DNA from: Myxococcota bacterium | GTDB taxonomy: Bacteria; Myxococcota_A; UBA796; SXON01 | Assembly (NCBI GenBank): GCA_040386535.1 | Contig: JAZKFH010000002.1 | Span: 219,678 to 283,677 of the forward strand | DNA length: 64,000 nt | Direction of reading: 5' to 3' | Shown: positions 19,301 through 28,417 of the stretch, in pieces | How positions within the stretch are numbered: the first letter of the stretch is position 1 | Layout of the letters: the number at the start of each line of letters is the position of its first letter | Position numbers and translations under genes: made by a program | Notes under the pieces: model-generated | Database searches by the model: none | The model's input: only the letters and a program-made list of their open reading frames with translations | What the model was told of the DNA's origin: nothing

Positions 19301-21362
19301 CCACGTCGCCCGCGCCCGAGACGGCGTATCCGAAGCCGGTGTTGGAGAGCCCGGTGCACGTGGACGTCGCGCTCGTGGGCACGCCGGTCGCGGAGCCGGA
19401 GTACACGTAGGCTCGGCCGGTGTCGCCGTATCCGAAGGCGCCCACGATCACGTCGGCATACCCATCGCCGTTCACGTCTCCGGCGCCGGTCACGGCGTAT
19501 CCGAAGCCGTCGTCGAGCGCGTCGCCCGCCCACGTGGTCACCGCAGCCGCGGAGAGCCCTGTCGCGGAGCCGGCGTACACGTACGCCGAGCCGGCGCCCC
19601 CTTCGTACTCGTACTGGTGGGCGCCCACGATCACGTCGGCGTAGCCGTCCGCGTTCACGTCCCCCGCGCTCGACAGCGCGGCCCCGAAGTAGTCGGAGAG
19701 CTCCGCTCCGGTGAGGGTGGACCTCGCGCCGGTCGACACCCCGGCCGCGGACCCGCCGTACACGTACACGCGGCCCGCGCGCGAGCCATAGGCCCAAGCG
19801 CCCACGATCACGTCGTCGTATCCGTCCCCGTCGACATCTCCCGCGCCGGACACGGCGGCTCCGAACGCGTCGAGCGCGGCCGCTCCGGTCAACGTGGTGG
19901 TCGCGGTGGTCGCCACCCCCGCCGCGGAGCCGTGGTGCACGTAGGCGCCGCCGACACGCGTCGGGTAGGTGTCGGCGCCCACGATCACGTCGGCGTACCC
20001 GTCTCCGTTCACGTCCCCCGCGCCGGACACGGCGGCACCGAAGTTGTCGTTGGCGCGGCTGCCGGTCAGCGTCGTCGTCGCGCTGGTGGACAGCCCGCCC
20101 GCAGAGCCGTGGTACAGGTACGCTCGCCCCACGTCGGCGCCGTAGCCCGGGGCGCCCACGATCACGTCGGCGTACCCGTCCCCGTCCACGTCTCCCGCGC
20201 CGGACACGCCGTACCCGAGCTCATCGCCGCTCGCGCCCTCCAACGTCACCGCGGGGCTCGTCAGGACGCCGGTGCCGGAGCCGTGGAACAGGTACGCCCG
20301 GCCCGAGTACGGTCCGTAGCCCCACGCGCCCACGATCACGTCGTCGTAGCTGTCGCCGTTCACATCGCCCGCGCTCGCCAGAAGCCCCCCGAAATAGCCA
20401 TAGGTCTCCTCGCCGGTCAACGTGCTGGTGGCCGTCGTGTCCAGGCCGCTCGCGGAGCCGTGGTAGACGTACACCCTGCCGGTCGACGAGATGTAGCCGC
20501 TGCCCCCCACCATCACGTCGTCGTACCCGTCCGCGTTCACGTCGCCCGCGCCTGCGACCGAACCTGCGAACGAGCTCGTGGCCTCGTCCCCCGCGGCCGA
20601 CCACACCGCCGTCTCGTAGACCGGATCGATCGTGACCGGGTAGCGCGCCCCCGTGTCGTCGACCTCGACGCGCAGGCTGTCGGCGTCCGCCACGATCCGC
20701 GCCGGCAGTGGCTCGCCGCCCGCGTCCCACGCCGCGATCCGGCCCACGTTCCACGCCCGGCCGTCCGCGTCCGTGATCGCCACGTCCTCCCCACCGCCGT
20801 CGATCGCCAGCGCCCCGTCGACCGTGACCTCGACCACGAGCATCCCGGCCCCGGACGGCGCCGTGTCCACCGACCAGCCCTGTTCGAGCCCGGTTCCCAG
20901 CCCGATCCACCACTCGGTGAGCTCCCCGTCCGCGTACTCCAACCGGCGGAGGCAACGCCCCTGGGCGTCCAACTCGGGCATGCACGCGCCCAACACCGGC
21001 TCCCGCGCGCCCACGGTCGCCAGCGCCCCCTCTCGCCCCCACGCGCTCGTCCGGAGCGCCAACGCCTCGCCGCGCGCCCCGGAGACCACCACACCGTCCG
21101 CGCCGAGCCGGGCCGTGAGCCCCGTGGCGGTGAGATCGGCCACGAAGGCCCCGTCGCGTGCGTGGATGGCGCGCCCTTCGGCGGCGATCCGCGTGCTCAC
21201 GACGGAGAGCCACCCGTCCGACGTCCCGTCGGGGAGCACGACGGACGCAGGGTCGGTCGGCGAGGCCGGCTCCCCGTAGGGCTGGCAGCCAGCGCACACC
21301 AGCAGCGTGCCGAAGGAGGAGACCCTCACCAGATTGGGGAGCGTACGGATCGAGCGGCGCAT
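16374..21362 (-). CDS. Large surface protein: 14 FG-GAP (integrin-alpha-like) repeats, acidic DCDD metal-binding repeats, MYXO-CTERM-like tail
   Basis: 14 x 'AGDVNGDGYxDVIVGA', about 10 'DCDDxD...PGA.E...D.DCDG' units, C-terminal 'GGGCSS...FVLLLALGMGIRRRRRR', N-terminal 'LLVCAGC'. Confidence 0.9.
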   Translation of the reverse strand: MRRSIRTLPNLVRVSSFGTLLVCAGCQPYGEPASPTDPASVVLPDGTSDGWLSVVSTRIAAEGRAIHARDGAFVADLTATGLTARLGADGVVVSGARGEALALRTSAWGREGALATVGAREPVLGACMPELDAQGRCLRRLEYADGELTEWWIGLGTGLEQGWSVDTAPSGAGMLVVEVTVDGALAIDGGGEDVAITDADGRAWNVGRIAAWDAGGEPLPARIVADADSLRVEVDDTGARYPVTIDPVYETAVWSAAGDEATSSFAGSVAGAGDVNADGYDDVMVGGSGYISSTGRVYVYHGSASGLDTTATSTLTGEETYGYFGGLLASAGDVNGDSYDDVIVGAWGYGPYSGRAYLFHGSGTGVLTSPAVTLEGASGDELGYGVSGAGDVDGDGYADVIVGAPGYGADVGRAYLYHGSAGGLSTSATTTLTGSRANDNFGAAVSGAGDVNGDGYADVIVGADTYPTRVGGAYVHHGSAAGVATTATTTLTGAAALDAFGAAVSGAGDVDGDGYDDVIVGAWAYGSRAGRVYVYGGSAAGVSTGARSTLTGAELSDYFGAALSSAGDVNADGYADVIVGAHQYEYEGGAGSAYVYAGSATGLSAAAVTTWAGDALDDGFGYAVTGAGDVNGDGYADVIVGAFGYGDTGRAYVYSGSATGVPTSATSTCTGLSNTGFGYAVSGAGDVDNDGYDDVIVGAWGYSGSTGRAYLFPGSATGVATTAATTLTGEGTTNYFARSLSGAGDVNGDGYDDVIVGAYGYESMAGRVYLYPGSATGLSSPTTLTRAPGVKAFGYSVSDAGDLNGDGYADIVAGAPGYAYGDIGQVSVYAGSASGITPTAAGTLATGAIYDLFGSAVSGAGDVNGDGYDDVIVGAYRYEGSVGAAYVFSGTASGISTTPAATMVGESTLLYFAFAVSGAGDVNGDGYDEVMVGVPKYDDSVGRAYLYAGSASGVVTATPTVLSGEADGAFFGGAVSSAGDVNGDGYADVIVGAYGFDYDSLGRVFIYAGSASGLVTTPETTLVGEWDANFGYAVADAGDVNGDGYGDVIVGAYASRGYEGAAYVYLGYGDADGDGVVATEDCDDTDASLGAASTRYVDADGDGHGGAATAEVCPSVAGYASTNDDCDDTDPAYHPGAVETDCADPNDYNCDGTTGATDWDGDGWAACFDCNDLDASINAAAAEIVGDEVDGDCDGGEVCFADADGDRYAADGGATVASSDVDCADPGEAAASVPTGDCVDTDAAYHPGAEEIDCTDPNDYDCDGSVLYADADGDGWAACLECDDADASVRPDGVELVGDGVDSDCDNAELCYVDADGDGYRADATTVISASVACDGAGEASSRARDGDCDDADAAFHPGAAERDCTDPTDYNCDGSTAYADADGDGWVACRDCDDEDASINPDGVEGVDDGVDGDCDGGELCRADADADGYRPDVDVLVASRDEDCEDGGEATAATPTGDCDDADAAYHPGADESDCADPVDYNCDGATGLVDGDADGFPACDDCDDSVGDVHPDATELCNAVDDDCDGSRDEGATDASSWYLDRDGDGFTDPVTRVDACAAPHGYLAGTEADCDDTNAVVFPGATEVLDDALDQDCDGADATERDAGSPPAPPAEGGGCSSAGGGGGGKFVLLLALGMGIRRRRRRGSPHHAAGGTRAAVR

Positions 21363-21546
21363 GGTGACAGGGCTCCAGCCGCCTGCAAGCCCGAGAAGGC
21401 CCGCAGATGGGAACGCGGACAATACGGGAGCGGAAGAGGCGTGTCAAAGGTCTGGGAGTGCCTACGCTCGCGCGGTCGACGGGCCGCGGCCCGCACGCCC
21501 GTTGACCCGGAGCGGGGCACACCGTAGGCTCGCGGCTGGAGGTCCG

Positions 21547-23817
21547 GTGAGCGGTTCGGGGGGCACGGAACGACGCGCGCGGCTGGTTCGGCAGGCCCTT
21601 GCCCGGGGCGCGGACCACCACCGGGGCGGGCGCTGGGCGGAGGCGGCGCGGGCCTACGCCGAGGCGCTGGCCGAGGACCCCGGGAACGTCGATGCGCTCG
21701 CGCTCCTCGGAGGTGCCGCGTTGCGAATGGGGCGGCCCGCCGAGGCGCTCGCGGTGCTCACGCGGGCCGTGGCGCTCGACCCCGCCCATGTCGTGGCCCG
21801 CCTCAACCAGGGCCGCGCCTTCCTCGTGCTGGGGCGGGGTGTGGACGCCGAGGGCGCCTTCGCCGCCGCTCTCGAGGCGCGCCCGGGATTCCCGGAGGCG
21901 CACCTCGGCCGGGCGAGGGCCCTGGCGCTCGCGGGCCGGCGGGACGAGGCCATCGTAGCGGCAGAGGCGCTCGGAGTGACCGGGAACACCGACGCGCTGG
22001 CGCTCCTCGGCGGCCTGCTGATGGAGGCGGGCCGGCCCGAGGCTGCCGAGGCCCCGTTGAGGAAGGCGCTCGCGACGCGCCCGTCGGACCCGCGGCTCCA
22101 CGCCGATCTCGGTGCGTGCCTCCTCGCGCAGGAGAAGGACGAAGCGGCGGCGGCGGCGTGGCGCACGGCGGCGGCCCTGGCGCCGGGCCTGCCGGGGCTC
22201 TCCGACCGACGCGCCGCCCTTGCCCGCAACCTGGGCCTGGCGCGGCTCGCGGCCGGCGATCCGGCGGCCGTGGAGTTGCTACGGGAGGCGGTGCGGCTCG
22301 GTCCCAGCGACCACACCGCGCGCCTGGGCCTCGCCGACGCCCTGTTCCAACATCCCGACCCGCCCGCCGACCTCGCGCCCGAGCTGGGCGTGCTGCTGGA
22401 CGCCGAGGGCCTCGATCACCAGCGGATCGAGCGCGCGGTGCGGCGCGTCCTGCTGGACGTGCCGGGGGTCACCGCGGTTCTCGAGGGCGTCCCACTCGAC
22501 GCGGCGACTGCGGACGCGCTCGCGGCGCACCCGCTGCTCACACGGTGGCTCACGCGGACCATCGTGGCGACGCCGGCGTGGACGCGGCTCGTCGAGGCGC
22601 TCCGTGACCATTGGGCGGCGCGGGCGCTGCTGGGAGAAAGAGTCGACTTGGACGCAATGGCGGCCCTGGCAACCCAAGCGTGGCACACCGAGTACGCGTC
22701 GGCCGGGCGTGTTGACACGCTCGGGGCGCTCGCCACCCCCGCCCAGGTCGCGGCCTTCGCGCTGTTCCGCCCGCTCACCGATCGGCCCGACGTGGACGCG
22801 ATCGTGGAGGGGGGGGCTCCCGCGGCGCTGCTCCGGATCCAACGTTGGGAGCCCGAGGTGGAAGCGAGGCTGGCCCGCGGCCTGCCGAGCCTCGGCGCGC
22901 CGACTGACGAGACGTCTCGTGCAGTACGCGACCAATACGAGGAGAACCCCTATCCGCGCCTGGTGGGCGTGCACCTGCGCGCGGCGGGATCGTTCGTGGC
23001 GACGGCGCGCGCGCTGCTCGGGGATCCTGTCTACGAGGGGCCCCGGCGCGTGCTCGTAGCCGGGGGCGGCACCGGCCAGCATCCCATCGGCGTAGCCGCG
23101 GGTGCCGACGCCGCGGAGGTGGTGTGTGTCGACCTGTCGCGGGCGAGCCTCGGCCGCGCGGCGCGGCTGGCGGCGGCCCATGGCGTGACGAACCTGCGCT
23201 TCGTGCAGGGGGACATCCTGGCGCTCGGCGCGCACGACGGGCTCGGCCAATTCGACTTCGTGGACTGTGTCGGCGTGCTCCATCACCTCGCCGATCCGCT
23301 CGCGGGCGGGCGGGCGTTGGTGGGAAAGCTCGCGCCCGGCGGGATCCTGCGGCTCGGGCTCTACAGCGAGCGCGGCCGCAGCGACGTCGTGGCGGCGCGC
23401 GCGCTCGCGACCGAGCACGGATGGCTCCCGACGGAGGACGGGCTGCGCGCGGCACGGAGGGCGCTGCTTGCGTTGGATCGCGACCACCCGGCCGCGGGCG
23501 TGACCAACTCGGTCGACTTCTACAGCCAGAGCGGGCTGCGGGATCTGGTGTTCCATCCCTGCGAGCACCGCTACACGCCGGCACAGGTCGGCGCCTTGCT
23601 CGACACGCTGGGCCTCACCGTGGTGGCGCTCCAACACGCGCGGCCCGAGGCGCTGCGGCTGTACCGCGCGCGCTGGCCCGACGAGGACGGGCGGAGCTCG
23701 CGCCAGCTCGACGCGCGCCAGCTGGACCTGCTGAAGTGGGACGCGCTCGAGGCGGACCACCCGCGCATCTTCGCGGGGATGATCCACGTCTGGGCGCGGC
23801 GGACGGACCCGAGCTGA
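21547..23817 (+). CDS. TPR-repeat protein fused to class I SAM-dependent methyltransferase
   Basis: N-terminal TPRs, 'VRDQYEENPYPR', 'VLVAGGGTGQH', 'VDLSRASL', 'GVLHHLADP', 'LRDLVFHPCEHRY'. Start set to GTG 21547. Confidence 0.85.
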   Translation: MSGSGGTERRARLVRQALARGADHHRGGRWAEAARAYAEALAEDPGNVDALALLGGAALRMGRPAEALAVLTRAVALDPAHVVARLNQGRAFLVLGRGVDAEGAFAAALEARPGFPEAHLGRARALALAGRRDEAIVAAEALGVTGNTDALALLGGLLMEAGRPEAAEAPLRKALATRPSDPRLHADLGACLLAQEKDEAAAAAWRTAAALAPGLPGLSDRRAALARNLGLARLAAGDPAAVELLREAVRLGPSDHTARLGLADALFQHPDPPADLAPELGVLLDAEGLDHQRIERAVRRVLLDVPGVTAVLEGVPLDAATADALAAHPLLTRWLTRTIVATPAWTRLVEALRDHWAARALLGERVDLDAMAALATQAWHTEYASAGRVDTLGALATPAQVAAFALFRPLTDRPDVDAIVEGGAPAALLRIQRWEPEVEARLARGLPSLGAPTDETSRAVRDQYEENPYPRLVGVHLRAAGSFVATARALLGDPVYEGPRRVLVAGGGTGQHPIGVAAGADAAEVVCVDLSRASLGRAARLAAAHGVTNLRFVQGDILALGAHDGLGQFDFVDCVGVLHHLADPLAGGRALVGKLAPGGILRLGLYSERGRSDVVAARALATEHGWLPTEDGLRAARRALLALDRDHPAAGVTNSVDFYSQSGLRDLVFHPCEHRYTPAQVGALLDTLGLTVVALQHARPEALRLYRARWPDEDGRSSRQLDARQLDLLKWDALEADHPRIFAGMIHVWARRTDPS

Positions 23818-23840
23818 CCCGAGGCCGCTCGGTTCGAACC

Positions 23841-26156
23841 CTACCCCTTCGCCAACACCTGGAACCGCACCCACGGGTCCTTCTGGTCGGGGCGCTTGAC
23901 GGAGGAGGCGAAGCGGCTCGCCTTGTCGCCGGCGACCTCGAAACGTGTCTCGTCGTCGTGGATGCGGATCGCGCCGATGTCATTCTTCTCGACGCCGCCG
24001 CGGCGGCAGATGAGCGGGATGAGCCAGCGGGGATCGGCCTGATCGTTGCGGCCCACGTTCATGCGGAACCACACGCCGCGGGTCTCGCGGGCGCCGGCGG
24101 AGCGGCCACGCACGGTGTCGACCGGCACGTCCCAGGACGCGTCGTCCCGGCGGCCGCGGGGCGCGCTGTTCTCGTTGCTGTCCCAGCCCGGCGCATCGCG
24201 ACGGGGGGCGCGCACGGGGGCCTCACCACCGCGCATGGGGCCGCTGGGAGCGCCACCCGGACCGGCCGGGGAGCGGGTGTAGGCGCGGCGCGCACCACCG
24301 GCGTCGCCGACGGGGGCGGAGGCGGCAGGCGGGGTGTACGGGCGGGCGGGCACCGGGGCGGTGGCGGGCCGCGATGCGGGGGACGGCGCGGGCGCGGGCG
24401 ACTCGGGCGGCGTGCCTCCCTCGAGCCCGGCGGCGGCGGCCTTCGCGGCCTCCTTGGCGGCCCACTCGGCGCGCTTCAGGGCCTTGGCGGCGGCCTTGGC
24501 GGCCTGCTCGGGCGTCAGCTCCTTCTCGGGCTTCGCGGCGGCCGCGGGCGCCGGGGCCGCGGGCCGAGCGGCGGCGGCTTCGAGCACGCGAGAGGTCACG
24601 ACCTTGGGGTTTCCCCAGCCGGCGTCGGAGCCGGAGATCTCGGGGTTGGCCTCGACAGGCTCGACATCGCGCCGGGAGTCCCGACGATCATCACGGGCCG
24701 GGGGTCCCGGGGGGCGGGCCCCCTGGGCGGGGCGTTGCGGGGCAGAGCCCCGCCCCATGGAACCGTGCCCCATCGAACGATCGGGCTCGTTCGGAGCGAG
24801 GCGGCGCGGGCCGCCCGACATGCGGGCCTGGATCGCGTCGGTCTCGGGGAGCTCTTCGGGCTCGGGCCAGCCCTGGCGCGCGATGCGCAGGAGCGCCGCG
24901 GCGATGGCCTGGGGCGAGTGCGCCTCGACGAGGGCCTGGGCGGAAGCGGCCTCGTCCTCCGTCGGCTCGACGATGACGCTGGCGAGCTCGGCGGCGATGC
25001 GCTCCTGGTCCTTGGCGCGCACGTCGTCCCCCATCGGGGGCTCGGACCAGCGCGGGGTGAGCCGCGCTTCGCGCAAGAGGCGCTCCGCCATCCGCACGCG
25101 GGTGAACGGCACGATGAGCACGCTGGTGCCCTTCTTGCCGGCACGCCCGGTGCGGCCGCTGCGGTGGAGGAGGACCTGGCCGTCGTTCGGGAGGTCGGCG
25201 TGGATGACGAGGTTCAGCTGAGGCAGATCGAGGCCACGCGCCGCCACGTCGGTCGCGACGAGGACGCGGGCACGACCGTCACGCAGGGACTGGAGGGCGC
25301 GCGCGCGCTCGTTCTGGGAGAGCTCGCCGGAGAGCGCTACCGCGGTGAACCCGCGCTCGACGAGGCTGGCGTGCAGGTGGCCCACGCCGTCACGCGTGGC
25401 GCAGAACACGAGCGCGGTCGGCGGGTCCATGAAGCGGAGCAGGTTGACGACGACGTGCTCGCGTTCGCGCGGCGAGACCACGACCGCGCGGTACTCGATG
25501 TCGACGTGCTGCTCGTCCATGTTGGTCGCGGCGACCCGCAGCGCGTCGCGCTGGTAGCGGGTGGCGAGGCCGAGGATCTCGCGGGGCAGCGTGGCCGAGA
25601 ACATCAGCGTGCGGCGCGTGTCCGGCGTGGCGTCGAGGAGGACCTCGAGCTCGTCGCGGAAGCCGAGATCGAGCATCTCGTCGGCCTCGTCGAGCACGAC
25701 GGCCTTGGCCGCGTCGAGCTTGAGATTGCCGCGGTGGAGGTGGTCGCAGAGGCGGCCGGGGGTGCCGACGACGATGTGGGCGCCGTCGTGGAGCTGATAC
25801 GCCTCACGACGCACGTCCATGCCGCCGACGCAGGACACGACGCGCGCGTTGGTGCCGGCGAACAGCCACGCAAGCTCCTGGCTGACCTGGAGCGCGAGCT
25901 CGCGGGTGGGCGCGACGACGAGCGCGAGCGGGGCGCCGGGGCGGCTGAAGGTCAAGTTCTCGCCGAGGAGCGTCTCGGCGAGGCACATGCCGAAGGCCAC
26001 GGTCTTGCCGGAGCCCGTGCGGGCGGACACCAGGAGGTCGCGCCCCTTGACCTCGGGCTCGAGAACGGACGCTTGAACCGGCGTCGCATCGGCGTAGCCG
26101 CGTGCCTTGAGGGCGGCGGCGAGGGAGGGATGGGCAGTATCGAAGGACATGGTCAT
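23841..26156 (-). CDS. DEAD-box RNA helicase with C-terminal DbpA-type RNA-binding domain
   Basis: Q motif 'TPVQ', 'TGSGKT', 'PTRELA', 'TPGR', 'DEAD', 'SAT', 'ARGLD', 'HRSGRTGRAG'. C-terminal 'WFRMNVGR..DIGAIRI'. Confidence 0.95.
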   Translation of the reverse strand: MTMSFDTAHPSLAAALKARGYADATPVQASVLEPEVKGRDLLVSARTGSGKTVAFGMCLAETLLGENLTFSRPGAPLALVVAPTRELALQVSQELAWLFAGTNARVVSCVGGMDVRREAYQLHDGAHIVVGTPGRLCDHLHRGNLKLDAAKAVVLDEADEMLDLGFRDELEVLLDATPDTRRTLMFSATLPREILGLATRYQRDALRVAATNMDEQHVDIEYRAVVVSPREREHVVVNLLRFMDPPTALVFCATRDGVGHLHASLVERGFTAVALSGELSQNERARALQSLRDGRARVLVATDVAARGLDLPQLNLVIHADLPNDGQVLLHRSGRTGRAGKKGTSVLIVPFTRVRMAERLLREARLTPRWSEPPMGDDVRAKDQERIAAELASVIVEPTEDEAASAQALVEAHSPQAIAAALLRIARQGWPEPEELPETDAIQARMSGGPRRLAPNEPDRSMGHGSMGRGSAPQRPAQGARPPGPPARDDRRDSRRDVEPVEANPEISGSDAGWGNPKVVTSRVLEAAAARPAAPAPAAAAKPEKELTPEQAAKAAAKALKRAEWAAKEAAKAAAAGLEGGTPPESPAPAPSPASRPATAPVPARPYTPPAASAPVGDAGGARRAYTRSPAGPGGAPSGPMRGGEAPVRAPRRDAPGWDSNENSAPRGRRDDASWDVPVDTVRGRSAGARETRGVWFRMNVGRNDQADPRWLIPLICRRGGVEKNDIGAIRIHDDETRFEVAGDKASRFASSVKRPDQKDPWVRFQVLAKG

Positions 26157-26302
26157 AGCCGGATGCGCGGCATCTACACCAATCGGGCCGGTGAAGCACG
26201 CGGCGCCCGCCAGATCGTCACCGATGCCGACAGGACCCGACGACTTGCCGAGGGGCCTCCGGTTAGACCGGACGCCATGCGCAACCCCGCTTCTGGCCAC
26301 TG

Positions 26303-27319
26303 ATGGACGCCCCCCTCGAATGGCACGCGAGCGCCGGCGGACAGATCGATTCTGATTCCCATGGGGACGTGAACCTGGGCCTGCGCACCGGCGCGTGGTC
26401 GTTCGTGTTGCGGACCGACGCCCCCGAGATCACGTGGGCGCCGAGCGACGAGCGGGGCCGGGCCTGGGTGACGGCGCGGGGGCACGCGTTCGCGGCCGGG
26501 CTGTTCATCTCGCCGTGGGCGGACGGGGCCCCGGACCCCGAGCAAGCGCTGCGGGCGGCGTCGGTCGGGGCGGAGGCCGGGTGGGTCGGCTACGGGCCCG
26601 CGGGCATCTACGCCGGCGGGCGGGCCGCGATCGACGGGGTGTTCTTCGGCGAGCAGCCGAGCACCACCGTCGCGGTCCCAGACGCGCGCGCGGTCGTGAC
26701 GATGGACGCGATCGCGGGGCTGTGGCGGCCGGGCTTCTCCGCGTGGGCGCGCGCCGGGGTGGACTTCATCGCGGTGGACGGGCGGGGCGTGCGCGCGCCG
26801 CACCTCGTCGGGGAGCTGCACTGGCTCCCGGCGCTGCACGTCGGCACGGTCGCGCTCGCGCCGCGGGTCGAGGCCTGGGCAGGCGTCGCGGACGCCCAGG
26901 ACGACCTGCTCCACGCGCGGATCGGCGGGCTGAACCCCTGGGTGGTGCCGCTCGCGGGCGCCGCGTGGGCGGAGTGGTGGGCCGAGGACTACGCCGCCGT
27001 GCGGATCGGGCCGACCGTAGGCGTCGGCGAGCCTGGCGCGGGCACGCTCGGCGTGCGGGTGTCCCCCTTCGTGGATCTCGCCACGTTCGGCGGCGGCACG
27101 GGGGACAGCGGGAGCGCGGCCGGCGTGGGCCTGGGCGTGCGGGCGTGGCGCGGGCGGCTGTTCGCCGACGTGACCGGGGGCTACGCGCCCTGGATCGAGC
27201 GGCAAACGGGGATTTCGCGAGCGTCCGTGTGGGTGTCGCTCGGGTGGGACTGGGGGACCAAGGCGGGGCCCACGAGCGAGGCTGCGCCGGGGCCGATGGG
27301 GACGTACTGGCCCGGCTGA
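26303..27319 (+). CDS. Hypothetical protein, beta-barrel-like
   Basis: Coding-like GC3 pattern and alternating Gly/Trp-rich beta-strands ending 'VWVSLGWDW'. No signal peptide visible. Confidence 0.65.
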   Translation: MDAPLEWHASAGGQIDSDSHGDVNLGLRTGAWSFVLRTDAPEITWAPSDERGRAWVTARGHAFAAGLFISPWADGAPDPEQALRAASVGAEAGWVGYGPAGIYAGGRAAIDGVFFGEQPSTTVAVPDARAVVTMDAIAGLWRPGFSAWARAGVDFIAVDGRGVRAPHLVGELHWLPALHVGTVALAPRVEAWAGVADAQDDLLHARIGGLNPWVVPLAGAAWAEWWAEDYAAVRIGPTVGVGEPGAGTLGVRVSPFVDLATFGGGTGDSGSAAGVGLGVRAWRGRLFADVTGGYAPWIERQTGISRASVWVSLGWDWGTKAGPTSEAAPGPMGTYWPG

Positions 27320-27335
27320 TCAGCGTGGGGTGACG

Positions 27336-27863
27336 CTACGCCGCCGCGCCCGGCTCGCCCTTGAACCAGATCGCCGCGTGCTCCGCGACGTAGATCTCGC
27401 GCCCCTCCTGCTCGTACCGGAAGCTGTACTCGACGAAGTGGCGGCCGCGCACCTTGCGGACGCGGGTCGCGCGGAGCTCAACGTCGACGGGGGGCCCGAT
27501 GCGGCCCATCGACGGGAACTTCGCGTTGCGGACGTGGGTGCCGAAGCCGGACCACCCCTCGCTCGGCCGCAGCCCCAGGATGTAGACGGCGTGCAGGTTG
27601 CCGAGGGTGCCGGTGATCTGGACCATCACCGCGCCGGGCACGTGGCGGGGGTGCCCCGGGGTCTCCACCTGGGCCTCGACGAGCGCGCCCAGCCGCGTGG
27701 TGTCGACGCGCGCGCGCACGCGGTTGCCTTCGGGGTCGAGCTCGAGGAGCTCGTGCACGTACCACTGGTCGGCGGTGTACAGGCACTCGGAGGCGAAGTC
27801 GGCGGGCAGGGGCACGGGCACGGACATCGGGAGGGGCACGGGCAGGGACATCGGGAGGGACAT
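27336..27863 (-). CDS. Hotdog-fold protein (FabZ/FabA-like dehydratase or thioesterase)
   Basis: 'GHPRHVPGAVMVQITG' resembles the FabZ 'GHFP..P.MPG' motif and is followed by typical beta-strands. Confidence 0.65.
   Translation of the reverse strand: MSLPMSLPVPLPMSVPVPLPADFASECLYTADQWYVHELLELDPEGNRVRARVDTTRLGALVEAQVETPGHPRHVPGAVMVQITGTLGNLHAVYILGLRPSEGWSGFGTHVRNAKFPSMGRIGPPVDVELRATRVRKVRGRHFVEYSFRYEQEGREIYVAEHAAIWFKGEPGAAA
27808..27855. repeat. 24-bp tandem repeat (2 copies, 1 mismatch) in the 5' end of the hotdog gene
   Basis: aggggcacgggca[c/g]ggacatcggg x2, encoding PMS(L/V)PVPL. Confidence 0.8.
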
Positions 27864-27955
27864 GGTCGTCGGCGAGCTCCGCGGGCCCGCTATCGCGGCG
27901 CCTCGCGAACGTGCACCGCCTCGACCATCCGACCCGACCGGTGCTAAACAAGGGG

Positions 27956-28417
27956 ATGGACCTCGCGCGTGTTTGGGCTTCCGCCGTGATCGTCGTGACC
28001 TGCCTCGCGGCGATCAGCCCGATCTCCCCTTCCCTCCGCGGGCGCAAGGGCGACAGCTTTCCCCTCTCCTGGTACCCGATGTTCGCGAAGGAACGCCCGG
28101 AATACGAACGTCCGACCTACGTGTTCGGCACCGATCCGGACGGCGACCGCGTGAAGGTCGACGTTTCGTATTGGACCTCGGGCGGCTTCAACCAGGGCCG
28201 CAACGAGCTGACCACCACCGTGAAGGGCGGCCCCGCGCGCATCGACGCGATGTGTGAGCGCATCGCGAAGAAGGTGGCCGAGCGGAACCGCAAGCCGCTG
28301 CGCAAGGTGACCGAGCTGTCCGTCGCGACCGGCACCTACGATCGCAAGGCCTTCTTCGAGGGCGACCGGAAACCCATGCGCGAGCGGATCATCACCACGT
28401 GCCCGGTGGTCCGATGA
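27956..28417 (+). CDS. Membrane-anchored hypothetical protein, HTTM partner
   Basis: N-terminal TM and 'DSFPLSWYPMFA' motif. Its stop overlaps the next ATG (ATGA). Confidence 0.75.
   Translation: MDLARVWASAVIVVTCLAAISPISPSLRGRKGDSFPLSWYPMFAKERPEYERPTYVFGTDPDGDRVKVDVSYWTSGGFNQGRNELTTTVKGGPARIDAMCERIAKKVAERNRKPLRKVTELSVATGTYDRKAFFEGDRKPMRERIITTCPVVR

Noticed and set aside
18160..20575. Nucleotide-level repeats (cccacgatcacgtcg...ccgttcacgtccccc) as a DGR or DNA repeat array
   Set aside because: Fully explained by in-frame FG-GAP protein repeats. There is no reverse transcriptase and no adenine-specific variation.
15909..21527. 1872-aa plus-strand ORF
   Set aside because: Antisense shadow of the repetitive FG-GAP gene. 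It is Arg/Val/His-rich with no motifs, as expected in high-GC DNA.
23124..26303. 1059-aa plus-strand ORF (and similar ones at 3261-5453, 29324-31861, 38212-41613, 55855-57765)
   Set aside because: They lie antisense to well-supported genes (helicase, M2 peptidase, pbpC, giant protein, DUF5682) and have no independent coding signal.
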